A DNA stretch of 46,651 bases from Bacteroidia bacterium (GTDB lineage Bacteria > Bacteroidota > Bacteroidia > Bacteroidales > BM520). The notes under the pieces are model-generated. The model saw only the letters and a program-made list of their open reading frames with translations, was not told where the DNA came from and did not search any database. The stretch spans positions 1 through 46,651 of the forward strand of contig RZYD01000001.1 in NCBI GenBank assembly GCA_009930445.1, written 5' to 3'. A program made the translations under genes and the position numbers. Shown here one piece after another: positions 45,755 to 46,651 of the stretch. Each line of letters starts with the position of its first letter. Within the stretch, counting starts at the first letter, position 1.

Positions 45755-46558
45755 ATGAAACGTATCTCAATTTTTGCAGCCGCGCTTATACTTTTCACCG
45801 GAACGCTGTTTGCGCAGAAGGTTCCTGATCGTCCCTACCCTCCCCGACTTGTTAATGATCTGGCCGACGTACTCACCATACAGCAGGAAAATGAAATCGA
45901 ATCCTTTCTGGTTGATTTCTCGAAAGGTTCTTCCACTCAGATTGTGTTAATCACCATCACTACGCTGAATGGTTATGATAAAGCAGACTTTACCTATAAA
46001 ATTGGTGAAGAATGGGGAGTTGGACAAGCGCAAAAAGATAATGGCATTGTCATGCTGGTAAAACCCAAAACCCCACAGGAAAACGGAGAAGCATTCATTG
46101 CGGTGGGCTATGGTCTTGAGGCCGTGATTCCTGACGCCATAGCATCCAGGATCGTAAATCAGGAATTGATTCCAGCGTTCAAAAACAATAATTATTACCA
46201 GGGAATTGCACAGGGATTAACCGTGCTAACAGAATTAGCAAATGGTGAATATCCGTATCAGGAATATAAAAAAGAGGTGGCAGGGGCCGAAGGTTTTGGT
46301 GCGCTTCCAATTCTGCTTTTAATCATTTTCTATTTTCTGTTTTTGGGACGTCGCCGCAGGTATTACAATACAGGTAAAAAGGGCAGCAGTTTGCCTTTCT
46401 GGCTCATTCTATGGGGCTTAAACAGTGGCCGTAGTGGATCCAATGGGTACTGGAATGAATTCAATTCAGGGCGTGGTCACTTTGGAGGAGGCAACAGTGG
46501 ATTTGGAGGATTTGGCGGCGGTTCGTTCGGCGGTGGCGGAGCAGGCGGTTCATGGTAA
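45755..46558 (+). CDS. TPM domain-containing protein (YgcG-like) with TM and Gly-rich tail
   Basis: Signal peptide. VNDLADVLT...IVLITI...GIVMLV...AFIAVGYGLEAVIPDA...IVNQELIPAFK is the TPM core. TM LPILLLIIFYFLFL. C-terminal GGNSGFGGFGGGSFGGGGAGGSW. Confidence 0.8.
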   Translation: MKRISIFAAALILFTGTLFAQKVPDRPYPPRLVNDLADVLTIQQENEIESFLVDFSKGSSTQIVLITITTLNGYDKADFTYKIGEEWGVGQAQKDNGIVMLVKPKTPQENGEAFIAVGYGLEAVIPDAIASRIVNQELIPAFKNNNYYQGIAQGLTVLTELANGEYPYQEYKKEVAGAEGFGALPILLLIIFYFLFLGRRRRYYNTGKKGSSLPFWLILWGLNSGRSGSNGYWNEFNSGRGHFGGGNSGFGGFGGGSFGGGGAGGSW

Positions 46559-46651
46559 AAATATCACTCCAGTCTACTTTCACCCCTTGAAAAAAAACGA
46601 ATTTATTCATATTTTGTTTGTTCTTGTCAGGACTTTTTGCCAACAAGTCAG

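Noticed and set aside
1-46651. Looked for CRISPR arrays, tRNA/rRNA genes, integrases, transposases, phage genes, toxin-antitoxin pairs and known defence-system ATPases/nucleases
   Set aside because: I found no spaced direct repeats, no tRNA-like cloverleaf candidates and no recombinase or transposase motifs in any listed ORF. Gene content is housekeeping or envelope related.

Overview
This 46.6-kb stretch reads as ordinary core chromosome of an anaerobic Bacteroidota. Evidence for the phylum: two proteins with T9SS C-terminal sorting domains, many perfect TAnnTTTG -7 promoter boxes, a DUF1573 protein and a Bacteroidota-type ParC. A complete rnfBCDGEA operon and hydF point to ferredoxin/H2 metabolism. 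There are about 40 intact, tightly packed CDSs. In order: sbcC (5'-truncated by the window edge), a BatA_N membrane protein, parC, a small ORF, an SRPBCC+GyrI-like fusion and sfsA. A 14-kb minus-strand block follows: glmM, an aspartase-like lyase, hydF, DUF1573, an SDR, rseC, a T9SS cargo gene and rnfBCDGEA. Next come a TPR-comA-DUF368-aroE operon, a lipoprotein plus mini-PepSY pair, thrS-infC-rpmI-rplT, an OmpA/TPR/PD40 protein, folD, ffh, a 955-aa T9SS cargo gene, ilvE, a small RuvC-like ORF and htpG-lemA-TPM-TPM. I found no rRNA, tRNA, CRISPR array, integrase, transposase or recognisable defence gene, and no self-contained novel system that I can defend from sequence alone. The best leads are: (1) a stand-alone bicistron of hydF and a divergent aspartase-family lyase; (2) an orphan phosphosulfolactate-synthase (ComA family) gene translationally packed with a DUF368 lipid-carrier flippase and aroE; (3) a T9SS cargo gene sitting between rseC and rnfB; (4) an orphan 143-aa RuvC-like nuclease; (5) htpG apparently co-transcribed with the uncharacterised LemA/TPM/TPM membrane module. 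All family assignments come from motifs read by eye and recalled consensus sequences, with no database search run.
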